NCBI RefSeq assembly: GCF_964355755.1
Contig: NC_092671.1
Location: 34,296,304-34,360,303, forward strand
From: Antedon mediterranea
Taxonomy: Eukaryota; Animalia; Echinodermata
Length of the DNA: 64,000 nt
Direction: 5' to 3'
The notes below the pieces were generated by a model. That model did not search any database and was not told where the DNA came from. It was given only the letters and a program-made list of their open reading frames with translations. Position 1 is the stretch's first letter. Each line of letters starts with the position of its first letter. The position numbers and the translations under genes are program-made. Shown here piece after piece: positions 50,441 through 64,000 of the stretch.

Positions 50441-52397
50441 TTTTATTTTATTTTATTAATTTTAGCAATTAAAACAATACATAGACTTTGAGTGTGCCAA
50501 GGAGTGGCAAAAGAGGTCGAAGGACCACTGTCGCCATAAGGCGTGCCACACCAGCACTCAAAGCATACAATAAAACATAAAACAATAAGTAATATAAATA
50601 CTATGATTATATACATTAAAGAGGCATACGCCCGTATTCTTAAACCGGACTTTAGTCGTAGTTCGAAGTTCGACTTGGAAAAGTCGTAGTTCGAGCTATT
50701 ACTTCAAATTCGATTCAAAAACGAAGTAGTCGAAGTTTGCAGTTCGACTTAATGAAGTCGAGCTTTTAGTCGAGTTTCACACGTCTGGGTACTAAAGGCT
50801 ATACATTGGCCAATGACAAGAGAGTATTTGTGGAGAAGACGAAATTTTGCGCATTGATATCACTTTCCATTTTCTTACAAAACTTTTTACGCATCAGGAC
50901 TATACACAAGAAAAATAATTTTAATCGTTAATTATTAGAACAAGATCAGTATTAATTTAACAGTGAAGTACTTTTGGTTAACAACAAACAAAATCTACAA
51001 AATATATTTAGGAACCATGGCGGTACGGTAACTTTTATATTTTCTAGGCCCCCAACAAAGTATGATCGCGACGAACCACGCACTTCATAGCGTGACAAGA
51101 AAGCGCTAGGCCCCCTAAACCTTCCATCGCGTGGTGAATTGCCGCATCTCCCATTGTCGCTATGGCGTGACGTAGCTCAAGTCGGACTTGCGCGAAGAAA
51201 ATAATGTAATTTGTATACAGTTGTAAATAAAGATGATTTTCATTATTATAATTTATACCAATGTATATTTAATTAAGCTAATATAAATATAGATATTTCA
51301 TTCTTCAATATCTGGCCAATATAACAACTCAATGACTGTTACGTTTTTTATAAACATCGTTTAAAAACCATTTAGTCGACCATTTAGTCTGCCCCCTCCA
51401 GGACTAAAAAAATCGATCAAAATCCGTCTCGATTTAGTCGAGGTTGGCCTGATTTAGTCGGTGATTTAGTTGAAGTTCGGTTTATGAATTAAAATGACGT
51501 CATTTTTTTAGTTTTAGCTTGAACTACGACTAAAGTCCGGTTTAAGAATACGGGCGATAGTGTTTTTAAAGTGGTCCATTAACATGTTTTTAAATTGTAC
51601 CCAACTTCCGCAAACAAAGGCGTCTGTAATATTGACCGGTAGTGCATTCCACAGACGAATAAATCTGGTTGGGATACAATACTTTCCACTATCAATTTTG
51701 GATGCAAGATGTTTAAAAGTCAGAACATCCAAATGCCTACAATTGATAATCAACATATTTAAAATAAAACTATTCTGTAATTTATATAATATATTTGTAA
51801 CAAAAATAACGGTAAAATAATCTCGATTTGATTCGGCTGTCATCAAATTCAATCTAGTTAATTGGTCAGAATATGGCTGATCTAAGATTCGTTGATGAAG
51901 GATAAATCGACTTGCCCTTCTTTGAATTTTCTCTATCTTATTAATATGACATTGACGATAAGGATACCAAACAGGGGAGCAATATTGAATATGGGGAAGA
52001 ACAAGACATTTATAAAGTTTAAGTAAAACAGATGTAGAACAACCTGTGTCAATTGACCGTATAAAACCTAACATCCTATTGCATTTCAAAGTTACATTAT
52101 CTACCTGATGTGCCCATGACAAATTATGGGATATTACCACACCAAGTAACGTAATGTCATTAACGTTCATGAGTTCATGTCCATTTAGATTGTAAGATGG
52201 AACAACGGGATCTCGTTTTCTGGACAATGACAGCACTTGACATTTATTAGGGTTAAGGGAAAGTGAATTAAGTGCTGACCACCAGGAGATCGTGTCAATG
52301 TCCTGTTGCAGAGATAAACTATCTTCCTCCGTCATTATACATTTAGCAATGCAAGTGTCGTCTGCATATTGATATGGTTTTGCATGTAGGTGCATAT
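50441..52397 (-). mobile_element. 5'-truncated CR1/L2-type LINE
   Basis: Minus-strand ORF with YADD, LNPNKC, LLKLYKCLVLPHIQYCSPVW, IEKIQRRA, RLWNALP; A-rich tail at ~50441. Confidence 0.88.
50629..51556. mobile_element. MITE with 3-bp TSD (PIF/Harbinger-like)
   Basis: Perfect 36-bp TIR cgcccgtattcttaaaccggactttagtcgtagttc; TSD ata. Confidence 0.85.
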
Positions 52398-52961
52398 ATA
52401 TATTTACTCCATTGTGTTGGTTCAGAGGATGTTTTTCTTACGCACCTGCCTTTCTTGTATTTTGACTCCAAATTTGTTGACTAACTTTATCCTGAACACC
52501 ACACTTTAAAATTAGGACTTATAAGTACTTTCAGAAGGAGAAACACATAATAACAAATAAATAAATCCTTAAAATTTATGATTTTACAGATGTGTTTCTT
52601 TGAGACTTTGTATCCTGTAATGTAACTCCTCGAGCTCCCCCCCCCCCATGCTCAATGTTTTTGTTTCTATGGAGCGCCAAAAGAGCAAACATTTATTTAT
52701 TTATAGTTATGCAATTATATTATATTATATTTAGTATACAGTAGGCCTATGCTGTAGTTTAAAGGTCAATAACCATACTATCGGCCATTCTTGTACAAAA
52801 TGTGTCATTAGACTGGATAGAAACACACATGTTTTAAACAATTTAAAAAGAAAAAAAAATTCATAAGACCACAATTTTCAAAGTTATAATTATTATTAGT
52901 ATATTATTATAAGAGTAAAAAAGTAATTGAAACACGCAACAAAGAACTTGATCAGAAAAGT

Positions 52962-54728
52962 TTGGATATCGACAAAGCGATAGGGGGCGCCCAAATGTTT
53001 AAAGCAGTGAAAGATCTTAATAGAAAACCATTCGAAAATCCAAAAGTGTTTGATGCTAACAAAAAGTTTATTGCCTCACCAAATGGAATAGCGAAAGTAA
53101 TTGGCAATCACTTCGAAAATAAATTTTACGACGGAAGCAAACGAAATATAGATTCATTTGAGGGAAATCCTAGGCCATTAAATAAAGAAATCAGTGAAGA
53201 GGAAGTAACCAAGAGTCTTAAACGCCTAAACAACAGTCGAGCAACAGGTGAGGATGGTATCCCAGGAGAACTACTAAAATACGGTTCCCCTGTTCTAGCT
53301 CCAATGATTTCAGACTTTTTAAATCAAATATTTACAAAACATGAATTCGTGGATATTAATAAAGGAACACTCATAGCACTACCAAAACCGGGTAAGGAAA
53401 AGGGTCCAACTAAGAATTTACGACCTGTTATTCTACTTAACACCATACGCAAGTGCCTATCGCTTATAACACTGGATAGAATTACATCGAAAGTAGACGC
53501 ATTCTTACCACAAAGCCAAAGTGGGTTTCGCAAAGGCAGAAGCACAAGTGATATAGTTTTTACACATAGATGGCTTATAGCTAAAGCACAAAAAGAAAAA
53601 ATAAATATTTACATAACCGGTATAGATATGTCCAGCGCGTTTGACACAGTGGATAGAAACAAACTCCTCGACATACTCAAACATATTATAGACGAAGATG
53701 AACTTAGGATCGTTAGATTTCTGCTGAGTGAAACCGGACTAAATCTAAAAATAAAAGGTGCAAAAGAACAGCCAATATTCCTAACCAACATCGGCACCCC
53801 TCAAGGAGACAGCTTAAGCCCGGTCTTATTCACTGTTTACCTTGAGTCTGCGCTACGAGGAATCAGAACAATTATCCAAACAGAAATACCTCAAGAGATA
53901 TCATATGCTGATGATGTAGATTTTTTGAGTCTAAATAGCAAGCATAATGTAAACGAATTAGAACGCCATTTATCAACTTTCAACTTAAATGTAAATAAAG
54001 AAAAAACAGAACACACTATCGTAAGACGAGAAAAAGAGGACATACAAGAACAATGGAGAAACACGAAAAAAGTAGGATCGCTCCTTGGGGACAGACAAGA
54101 CATAATTAGAAGAAAACAACTAGCGCGTGTAGCAATGACCAAACTAAACTCGATGTGGCTTCGAAAAGATAAAATCAAATTAAAAATACGTATCAAGCTG
54201 TACAACTCACTAGTTAAAAGTATATTACTCTACAACTCTGAAACATGGGGACTCACAAAAGAAGAAGCACATAAACTCGACACATTTCACAGACAGCAAC
54301 TTCGCAAAATCATAGGTATCAGGTTCCCAGACAGGATATCGAACATAAATTTATACAGGAGGACAGGAACAAAACCGATTTCATTAGAAATAGTCGACGC
54401 AAGATGGAGACTATTGGGTCACATACTTAGACAAGACCCATGTACACCAGCCAACACAGCAATAAGCTATTATTTCAGAAACACTACCAATATAAAATTT
54501 CGAGGAAGACCGAGAACCACCCTACCAATAACTCTCAGCAACGACCTACTCACCCTTTATAAGCATAATACAGACATTAAGTATCCCGGACAATTGAAAA
54601 CAAAGAAAGACATGAAACAACTTAAAGAACTAGCCAATGAAAGATCAGACTGGAAGAAACTAGTAAAAGAGATTTACGGAGCAGCCCAAGCGGAAATGTC
54701 GGCAGACTTTTCAGCGGAAAGGCAGTAA
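52962..54728 (+). CDS. RTE-type LINE reverse transcriptase (5'-truncated, open frame)
   Basis: GEDGIPGELLK, QSGFRKGRST, DMSSAFD, QGDSLSP, YADD, GHILR, RGRPRTT; (taa)n tail; probable TSD atattattata. Confidence 0.92.
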   Translation: MDIDKAIGGAQMFKAVKDLNRKPFENPKVFDANKKFIASPNGIAKVIGNHFENKFYDGSKRNIDSFEGNPRPLNKEISEEEVTKSLKRLNNSRATGEDGIPGELLKYGSPVLAPMISDFLNQIFTKHEFVDINKGTLIALPKPGKEKGPTKNLRPVILLNTIRKCLSLITLDRITSKVDAFLPQSQSGFRKGRSTSDIVFTHRWLIAKAQKEKINIYITGIDMSSAFDTVDRNKLLDILKHIIDEDELRIVRFLLSETGLNLKIKGAKEQPIFLTNIGTPQGDSLSPVLFTVYLESALRGIRTIIQTEIPQEISYADDVDFLSLNSKHNVNELERHLSTFNLNVNKEKTEHTIVRREKEDIQEQWRNTKKVGSLLGDRQDIIRRKQLARVAMTKLNSMWLRKDKIKLKIRIKLYNSLVKSILLYNSETWGLTKEEAHKLDTFHRQQLRKIIGIRFPDRISNINLYRRTGTKPISLEIVDARWRLLGHILRQDPCTPANTAISYYFRNTTNIKFRGRPRTTLPITLSNDLLTLYKHNTDIKYPGQLKTKKDMKQLKELANERSDWKKLVKEIYGAAQAEMSADFSAERQ

Positions 54729-56017
54729 TAATAATATATTATTATATTTGACTAATAGTTCAAAGGTCAATAGTTGTAGAATCGGCCATTTTTTTTAAAA
54801 ACATTTCATTATAATAAATATGAATGTATAGTTTTTGAACAATTTGAGCCCTATTTCGTGTCTCTCCGATTATTGGTTACTGAGATACGATAAATAAAGG
54901 TCAAAGGTCAAAATGTCAGAAATAAAACTTGCATCCATTTTTTGAGAAAATGTGTCATTAAAGTGAATATAAAAACATATATTTAAAACATTTTGAGACC
55001 AAAATTAATTATCTGTGACTAGTGGTTCTCGAGATATAGGGTAATTATAAAAAATGGCCGCCATTTTTAATTATGCAAATTAAGGGCTTAGATGGCCGAA
55101 TTTCGCTTGGGATCCGCCATATTCGTAATCAGCGAGGTCGAAATATCCTAAATCAAGTGGATCCCAGCTTCTACCCAAAAATGCTTCTTGATTCGTTTTC
55201 TAGGCCGTTTTTTGAGAAATGGAACCTGTACGGTGGCCTGTAAGTGTCACGGCAACTTTCAAAAAATATCACGACAATTTTTTCAAAAAAAGCCACGGCA
55301 ATTTGAAAAAAGCCACGGCAATTTGAAAAAAGCCACGGCAAATTAAAAATAAAACATCACGGCAAATTAAAAATAAAACATCGCGGCAATTTAACAAAAA
55401 TACCACGGCAACTTAAAAATGAAACACCACGGCAAATTAGTATTGAAACACCACGGCAATTAATAGTGAAACACCACGGCAAATTACAGAAATGCCACGG
55501 CGGAAGCGAGTTACCACGGCGGAAGTGAAACCTTTGGAATCTTCGATTTTTTCTGAGGTAAGTAATAGTTTGTGCATTGATGTAAATATTATATTAATTT
55601 ATTAAACTGCAGCAGTTTACGTGTTTATTGCACTCTTCTTGAACTTTCTAGGCCGGGCTAGACCATAGGCCTTATTACAAGGTAGGCCTATAGGCCCTAT
55701 AACATTCTACAATGTTTTAATATATTTACAGTAATCTGTTTTTTATATAACAAGTTGTTTTTACAGTAGACCTAGCTACTACTGTAGGCCTAAGGCCTAG
55801 GGCTAGTAGTAGGCATAGCTAGGCCTAGTGCAATAAACACGTAAATGCAGCAGTTAAATATAATAAATTAATATAATAATATTTACTTCAATGCACAAAT
55901 AATTACTTACCTCAGAAAAAATCGAAGATTCCAAAGGTTTCACTTCCGCCGTGGTAACTCACTTCCGCCGTGGCATTCTGTAATTTGCCGTGGTGTTTCA
56001 TTACTAATTTGCCGTGG

Positions 56018-59000
56018 TGTTGTAAAGATTTATGTCGTCCGTTGAGGGCGCATATTATAATATGCTTCGAATATCGGACGATGGTGTGCGCGCACCGGTT
56101 CGCAGTTAATGTCATATAAACATGCCTGAAGCGTTCCAATCACCATATTATTATGTAAATTATAGTGTTTTGTGATGAATGAACACACGCACACGCACAC
56201 GCACACGCACACACCCACATTGCCAAATAGCCACATTGACACCTTGTCAATTTGCAACCTCATCACCTATACTGTGGAGGATTACCTATTAAAAGTTACC
56301 TTGAGTTTTACACGCCGACTACTTTGTTTCATTCTGTCTGTCATTCTACCCACTTACTACCGAACCAGATAAAACAGTACATACATTTCTACATGGTCCC
56401 TCGAGCCGGATAAAAATGGCGGAGGAATTGAAACAACTGAAAATCAACAGACGTAATGCTAAAGGAAATTTAACCAGACAAGGCAACGCACTGAGGAGGA
56501 TGCTTGCATTGGAGAACCCAGATTTGGAAGAGATTAAAAGGAAGGCAGATTTATTAGAGGACCTCTTCGCCGTAGTAGAACTAAAGCATAACGAATTGGT
56601 CGAACATGTGGAGGGCGAGGAAGACTACAACACAGAAGAGAAATGGATGCAGGATTTCCAGGACCAGTTCTTGATTGAAAAGGAACAGACAAGAAATAGT
56701 ATTAGATCTTTAGAAAAGAAACTAAATGAGACTGTTGTTTTAGTAAATGACAGTAATGTAAATAATAGTAATGTTATTAATGATTAAATTTCAAGTAATC
56801 AAAATGATATCCATGATGATAATGTTAGTGATGTTAATTTAAGTGATCCCGCTATTGATGTTGATAATGTGAACGATAATAATGTCATTAACCCTAATTT
56901 ATCCACAGCCAGTAGTAGTTCATTGGACACAAACGCCTTCAACTGGGAAGGCTTGTTGCGGGCAATTGCTCTACCCCGCAGCCAACCGAAAAAATTCAGA
57001 GGAGACCCGCTACGGTACCATGCATTCATTACAGCATACAAGAGCACCGTTTCTCAAGTCCCAGATGATGGTGTCAAGTTACAACATCTACTCTCATTAT
57101 GTGAGGGTGCTGCATATTCTTCGATACAGTATTGTGTCCTTAAACCAGCCGAAGAAGGCTACATAGCAGCCATTAAAAAGCTAAAAGAGAAGTTTGGGGA
57201 CCCCAACATAATAACCAAGGCCTGGACTGATAAAATACTGAAGCGAGAGATAGTTACCCTCGATACACTCGGAGATTTTGCAGATGACCTAGGAAACTGC
57301 TACGGAACCCTAGAAGCTTTGGGGAAACTCTCGGAACTGGATACCATGGAGGGATTATCCAAAGTTGTGCAGATTTTACCGACATTCCTCCGAAACAAGT
57401 GGAAAGACGTCAATTTCAAGTTGAAAGAGAACCATACCACCGCTACACTCAAGCATCTACTTGAATTTGTTCAGAAGGCTAGGGACAAAGAGGAAGATCC
57501 AGTATTTGGAAGGGTGCTAACCGCTAAGAAACCAGAAAAGGATAAACCTAACCAAAGGGATCACCAAAGAAATCACCGACCACCAAGAACTATGACCCTT
57601 ACAGATATGAAAGACAGCAAGAAACTACCTCGGATGTTCTGTCCTTACTGTAACGGAAACGAGCATTTCCTTGGGGGCTGCAAAAGCTTTAGAGAACTAA
57701 GCAAATCCCAGATGAATGATTGGATCACTAATAACAATCGCTGTAAACATTGCGCTAGAAAACATGTTACCACCGAATGTACTCTTCGGAAGGGTTGTAA
57801 GATGTGCTCTGAACTTCATCTTACAGTTTTGCACGACACCTCACCGGCATCTCAATAGTCCACTCCTTCCAATCCAGCAGCGGCAACCAACCAACTCTAC
57901 AGTCTGTGTTAACAGTACAAGCCCAGAGACGTATTCCTGAAAATCGTCCCGGTAACATTATACAGTCCTCCCAGCCAAGTTGATACCTACGCTGTTTTAG
58001 ATGATGGGTCGATGAGAACCATGCTGCTCACTGATGGAATGAATAAACTACACATACAGGGCCATGAAGACAGCATTGTTCTGAAAACTGTGGAACACGG
58101 AACAACCACTGTTCCTGGACGGAGTGTAAACGTACAAATATCGGCAAGAGGTGAGACTCACAACAGATATAACCTTGACGATGCGTTTTCTTCGACCTTG
58201 TTAACACTGGGGACCTACTCGTACCCAACAAGAGAGATCAAAGAGAACTACAATTACCTGAAAGATGTCCCTTTACCAGAAATAACTGACGCACTTCCTT
58301 TAGTCATGATCGGAGCTGACAACGTACATTTGCTTACGCATAGAAGCCCGATGATACAGCTAGGCATTAACTCTCCAGCAGCAGTGCATACAGTGTTTGG
58401 ATGGACATTGCATGGCCCAGTTCCTATGCCTTTGACCAAGCCACCGGTCACTGTAACAACCTTCACCCTATGCGAGTCATCACAACTGAAGTCTGATGTT
58501 AGAAGGCTTTGGCAGGTGGAAGAACTTCCTCCTAGTAAGGCAGCAACTCGTTCTCGACTCGACCAAATGGCAGTGAACAATCTCGAACATTCCACACACC
58601 TGATTCAAGTAGATGGAGTGAACCGTTATGAGGTTCCTCTGTTGCGTGATAACAGCGGTACACGATTCCGAGCTGGTGTTGAGTCGGTGATTCCACACAT
58701 GAGGAGAACGGAGAGGTGCTACAACAAGAAGCCTGAAAGACGTGAGAAACACAACCAATTAATCCAGAAGCTAGTCGACGATAAACTAGTGAAGATTATT
58801 ACAGCCGAAGAAGCCGAGAAGTCTGAGGAATCTTGGTTCGTCCCTCACTATGTTATCGAACAGAAAGGTAAACATAGATTAGTGTTCAATTGCTCCCACG
58901 AATTCCAGGGTCTGAACTTGAATAAGCATCTGCTAGCCGGACCTAATTTGGGTTCATCTCTCATCGGAGTAATCCTGAGGTTTCGCCAAAATGAAGTAGC

Positions 59001-61369
59001 GATATCTGGCGACATTAAAGCCATATTCCACCAGGTACGACTAAAACCAGAAGACCAATCCCTGTTCCGCTTCATCTGGAGGGATTGTGATGAAACTAAA
59101 CAACCTACCATCTACCAATGGTTATCTCTGTTATTTGGATCTACCTGTAGCCCGTGCTGCGCTACTTATCCACTCCAGAAACTAGCTATAGAGCATGGTG
59201 AACAATATCCAGAAGTTAAAAAATCCGTCATGGAGGCCTTTTATGTAGACAACTGTTTGGATAGCACGAAATCTACAGAAGAAGCTGAAATCCTTGTGCA
59301 TGACATCAGGACTGTACTGAGCATGGCTGGCTTCAACGTCAGACAGTGGGCTAGCAATAAACCGGAGGTTTTGAAGGGATTGCCTGAAGAAGCACTCTCA
59401 TCCTGCACTATATTAGAGTTCCAACAAGACACTAATGAAGCAGAACCTATGTTGGGTATGCGCTGGGATACTGGATCTGACTCACTTACATACCGCCAGA
59501 ATCACGATCATCAAGATGTTGTAACAATGCGATATATTTACCGGACACTGGCAAGACAATACGACCCCATTGGCTTCTTGGTTCCATTCCTTATTAGGGG
59601 CAAGCTTATAGTCCAAGACTTGTGGAATATGGATAACATCGATTGGGACAGAGAAATAACTAACTCCGAGATTCGAGCCTCCTGGGTCCAATGGGAAGAC
59701 GAACTTAAGTACATCGATCAGGTCAACATCTCGAGACGATATCTCACACTTAAGGATGCCACTCACCAGTTACATGTCTTCTGCGATTCTTCCGAAAGAG
59801 CTTATGGTGCAGTCGGCTACATCCGCGGAGAGCGAGATGGGAAAGTGGAAACCGCATTCGTTATAGCCAAATCCAAGGTTGCTCCTAAGAAACAGTTAAG
59901 CATGCCAAGATTGGAACTCTGCGCCGCACTGGTTGGTGCGAGACTGATGGACTTCATGGAGCAAACTTTGAAGATTCCTATTAGTACGAAGCACCTGTGG
60001 AGCGATTCCACAACGGTACTGACGTGGCTCACTTCAGAAACCTGTAGATTCAAGGTCTTCGTCGGAACTCGAGTAACAGAAATAAACCACTTAACCAAAG
60101 ACATGACCTGGCACTATGTGCCCACAAAGCAGAATGTAGCAGATGATATCACAAGAGGTATGTCCTTAGAGGAAGTCGCAAGTGACCACAGGTGGAAATA
60201 TGGACCGTCCTTTCTAGCTCAGGCTACAGACCACTGGCCAGTGATGCCCAAACTCCAAGATCAACCTGGTGACACAGAAGTCAAGAAAAGTGTTTTCTGT
60301 GGGCTAGTCAATGTTGATGCTACAGATGAGATCAGCCACCTAAAGGACTTTGATGCACTCGGCCGGAAGTTTGATGGGGCGGCCCCTCAACAAATTGAGA
60401 ATGAAGCCTGGAGAGTGGTACAACGATGCTGTTTCACAGAAGACGTTACAGCACTGAAAACTGGAACCTGACTACCTACAGGTAGTAGACTGAAGCAATT
60501 AAGTCCAGAATGGGACAATGACGCTGGTCTTATAAGAGTAGGTGGACGATTGAGTGAAGCAAATGCTATACAAGAGCAATTGAAGCACCCAATCATTCTT
60601 GATCCAAAGCACTACATCACAAAACTCATAATCCGACATACCGACGCTAAGTTGCTACATCCTGGACCAGAACGTGTTCTAGCAGACCTGAGAAGGAGAT
60701 ACTGGATTCTCAGAGGCAGAGAAGCTGTTAATGGACAACCTACTTCCCCGAGGCCAATGGATAATAGGACGTATAACCAAAGTTGTCCCCGGAGAGGATG
60801 GTAGAGTGCGCTCGGCCGAAGTACTCGTTAAGGGCAAGACATATGTACGCCCTGTTGTAAAACTGATCAAACTCCCAGAGCTTCAGTAACCGTTCCAAGA
60901 GTTTATTTATTTATTTTTTTTTATTAGATACCTTGTATTTACATGTCTTTATATGATAGTTTACTTTAAATTTAGTGCCTAAATTTAGGGGCGGCTGTTG
61001 TAAAGATTTATGTCGTCCGTTGAGGGCGCATATTATAATATGCTTCGAATATCGGACGATGGTGTGCGCGCACACCTTCGCAGTTAATGTCATATAAACA
61101 TGCCTGAAGCGTTCCAATCACCATATTATTATGTAAATTATAGTGTTTTGTGATGAATGAACACACGCACACGCACACGCACACGCACACCCACATTGCC
61201 AAATAGCCACATTGACACCTTGTCAATTTGCAACCTCATCACCTATACTGTGGAGGATTACCTATTAAAAGTTACCTTGAGTTTTACACGCCGACTACTT
61301 TGTTTCATTCTGTCTGTCATTCTATCCACTTACTACCGAACCAGATAAAACAGTACATACATTTCTACA
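56018..61369 (+). mobile_element. BEL/Pao LTR retrotransposon, integrase core deleted
   Basis: LTRs 56018-56393 and 60996-61369 (TG...CA), 5-bp TSD cgtgg, tRNA-Tyr-like PBS tggtccctcgagccgg, PPT aggggcggc. Confidence 0.95.
56416..60889 (+). pseudogene. BEL/Pao gag-pol (gag, 3 zinc knuckles, protease LDDGS, RT YVDN, Pao RNase H), broken by stops and deletion
   Basis: ORFs 56416-56787, 56869-57858, 58012-60471 and 60550-; motifs HVFCDSSERAYG, PRLELCAA, WSDSTTVL. Confidence 0.9.
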
Positions 61370-61836
61370 CGTGGTGTTTCAATACTAATTTGCCGTGGTG
61401 TTTCATTTTTAAGTTGCCGTGGTATTTTTGTTAAATTGCCGCGATGTTTTATTTTTAATTTGCTGTGATGTTTTATTTTTAATTTGCCGTGGCTTTTTTC
61501 AAATTGCTGTGGCATTTTTCAAATTGCCGTAGCTTTTTTTGAAAGTTGCCGTGATATTTTTTGAAAGTTGCCGTGACACTTATAGGCCACCGTAAACCTG
61601 TCTATAGAATCGTACCGCACTCTTGTGTAATCGCTTCTTGTTGCTATACGCTTGGGTGCACACGGAACAAGAAAATTTAACTGATGAATTATTCATGTAT
61701 ATTTTGTGACGTTTCATGAGGGGGTCCCCAACTTATGTACGAAAAAAAAAATCGCGGCCCGGCGCGCGCCACACAACAAACACACTGAAAGCCTCCGTGT
61801 TGTTTATATACAGTAATATCAAAGACAACAGTATTA

Positions 61837-63051
61837 TGGAATCTGATTCCGAAGAAAACATTAGTTTGAATCTCGATTACAATTCTTCATCATTTGATGA
61901 TGATGATAATGATGAAGAAGAAGATATAGAAATATAAAATGACGATGGTGATGTAGGCCTAGCCTAGGCCTAGCGCACAAGCATGTTCGAGACTGAGTAC
62001 GAAGGAGGAGAGGTTGAAGACTTGGAGGACCACGAAGAGAACGCTAACGACGAAAGGGCCATGCTGTTGAATACAGAGTGGTACGTACAATATAGCTTAT
62101 AATGATGATGAATGAAGTAAAGTTGTAGTAATAATATAGGCTGCGCTAAACTAGGCCTATTTTTTTTTTTATTATACTGTATTATTAATATCATTAATTT
62201 AATTAATTAATATAATTTATAGGCCTCTATCTCGCTAAGGCTAGTACTAGTAGAGGCCTACACTTATCCCACTTAGTAGACCTAGCTAGGCCCTAGTAGT
62301 AGTACTACTAGGCCTAGGCTACACTGCAGAGTACTAGCTTTAGTCTAATAGGCCTAGGTTTATTTATTTGCTATTGATTCGCCTTTATCATTCATAATTG
62401 ATTCAATGTTGTAAAAAAATCTTCATACAGTAATTAATAAATAGTAATGGCAATGCTGCAACCCCTGTCACATCATATATAACTGTAAAAACAGTGTATC
62501 TGACATTCCTTGTCATTCAGGTGTATGTGTAAAAATTGTGTACCAATGCCAACAGCACGAGAGTCCATTTGCTGCCAGGAAATCGCAAAAACCAGAGAGA
62601 AAATGGAGAAAGTGGAGATGAATGAAGAGTGTTTAACACGCCATCCAGGATTCAGAGAAGTCTGTTTAAATGAGTGGTGCTACAAGTAGCATACCTTTCA
62701 TATAAACAGCAGTATGGCGCAATGGCTGCTTTACCCCACACTAATGAAGAGTAAGTTGAGCTGTTCTATGCATACGAATACTAGGTGCAATATGCTTTCA
62801 TTCCATTTTCTTGTATCTTGTTGAACATATTGTATTTTCACAGGTAATTTGTTATAACCTGTAATTTTTAACAATGCTTTCACAGGCAGTATAGACATGT
62901 TGCATACAGGAACCTGGTGAGATTCTGTTGGGGCTACCTTGGTAGGGAAAATAGAGTTGTTCTCCCGTCATGTGCAGTGAAGAAGAACCTTCCCAAACCC
63001 AGAAGAAGATGGCTACACAGGCTTTAAATTAGGCAATATTGCAGATATTTA
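61837..63051 (+). pseudogene. KolX (P2X7 C-terminal ballast-like Cys-rich protein) of Kolobok, 3 exons, frameshifted
   Basis: Spliced NTEW|CMCKNCVPMPTARESICCQEI...CLTRHPGFREVCLN...|YRHVAYRNLVRFCWGYLGRENRVVLPSCAV; GT-AG introns 62081-62520 and 62751-62885. Confidence 0.85.
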
Positions 63052-63359
63052 ATTTTTTTTCAAGTTGTTTATATGCTGTTTATATACGTTTTACACTACA
63101 TTACTGTATATGAAAGAAGTAAAAAAGTAACGGAAGACAATGCTATCCCTTGTTTATAATACGTTTTACAGAACATTACTGTATAATATGAAAGTAATAA
63201 AAAAGTAACAGAAGACAATGCTATCCCCTGTTTATACTGTATATATTTATAAATTAAAATGAAAAAAAAAGTAAAAAAGACAATGCTATCTCTTGTTTAT
63301 ATATGTGCTACAGTAAATTATGGAAGTAAATTGAAAAAAATTGTGGCTCTTGCTCTTGA

Positions 63360-63900
63360 GTCTTGCTCTACTTTGCAAACCATTAATCTGAAATTGCAAC
63401 ATCTTTATCTGGCCGAACGAAGGTTGAGCACACGGGTGGTGGTGGTGAACTTAATTCAGGAATTGAATCTGAAGAATTTTTCTTGCTACTACTGCACAAG
63501 TATAATGGTTCTGAAATAAGCACGTCAACATAAGCTGTGGTTACAAAATAAATGCAATTGTCAATAAATGAACAAAGTCATTAAACAAAATAGTATACAG
63601 CTTATCAATCAAATTTGTTTGGCTTACCAAATGTTGCATCTGTCAATAATCTTTTAAGTGTGTAGCCACCACTTTTTGCTCTTGGAAACACCAGCGAGAA
63701 CCGTTCATTTCCATCTCTATCTTTTGCTGCTGCCCTGCCAGAATGTTCATTGTAGTGTAATACAGCGAGTATTACCTAAGATACAAAATTGGATATTTGA
63801 TATTTTTATGTAAACTTTTAATATGCTACACCAATAGTAAGTGTAAGGATAAATGACAATTATAGTAGTAAGTACCTGCTTAACATGCCATTGTAGTCTA
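63360..63900 (-). pseudogene. Kolobok transposase C-terminal exons
   Basis: DYNGMLSR|VILAVLHYNEHSGR...FPRAKSGGYTLK...TF|AYVDVL...PPPVCS..RPDK, with GT-AG introns. Confidence 0.75.
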
Positions 63901-64000
63901 GTAGGAAGGAGGGGTTACCGTGCACCCCCATGATGTATTTTTTTAATGTACATTTTTGTATTCCTGAAGATATGTAATTAACATTTTTTGATGTTCCCAA

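Larger units (their letters stand above)
50150..52690. mobile_element. Second, inverted and truncated copy of the 6535-7613 MITE, split by a LINE
   Basis: 50150-50440 and 52398-52690 are the reverse complement of 7613-7060. Confidence 0.85.
55229..61594. mobile_element. Non-autonomous foldback element with TAC...GTA ends and 6-bp TSD (IS3EU-like)
   Basis: TIR tacggtggcct(g/a)taagtgtcacggcaac, ~400-bp arms of ccacggcaa repeats, TSD aacctg (55223-55228 / 61595-61600). Confidence 0.8.
49641..64000. mobile_element. Kolobok DNA transposon with nested insertions (right end outside window)
   Basis: Candidate left end TTAA|AGATCACATGACAC; ~155-bp inverted repeat 49880-50035 / 61607-61763; convergent KolX and transposase genes at 61.8-63.9 kb. 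The left boundary is tentative. Confidence 0.6.

Noticed and set aside
61837-63051. P2X7 receptor gene
   Set aside because: Only the Cys-rich C-terminal-like domain is present, convergent with a transposase, which fits Kolobok KolX.

Overview
AT-rich, intron-rich animal genomic DNA; a marine invertebrate, possibly an echinoderm, is inferred from the TE families and composition. Most of the window is transposon-derived: L2/CR1- and RTE-type LINE pieces, three Penelope-like families with hammerhead ribozymes, Helitron/Helentron-type elements, a MULE, several MITEs, a Gmr1-type Gypsy, a BEL/Pao, and a Kolobok with its KolX gene. One host gene is clear. It is a + strand tandem death-fold (DED-like) Roco GTPase gene with exons at 46756-49118, presumably continuing beyond the window. 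The most unusual signal lies upstream of it (about 1-42.5 kb): roughly 16 copies of a degenerate intron-like repeat unit. Intact units read branch point (TACTAAT), T-tract, AG, short variable insert, GTAAGT-like donor. The seven intact inserts are 12, 12, 15, 18, 21, 15 and 15 nt, all multiples of 3 and largely unrelated in sequence, while their flanks remain alignable. This looks like an array of hypervariable in-frame microexons, possibly diversifying the N-terminus of the putative immune DED-Roco protein. That link is inference and needs transcript data.
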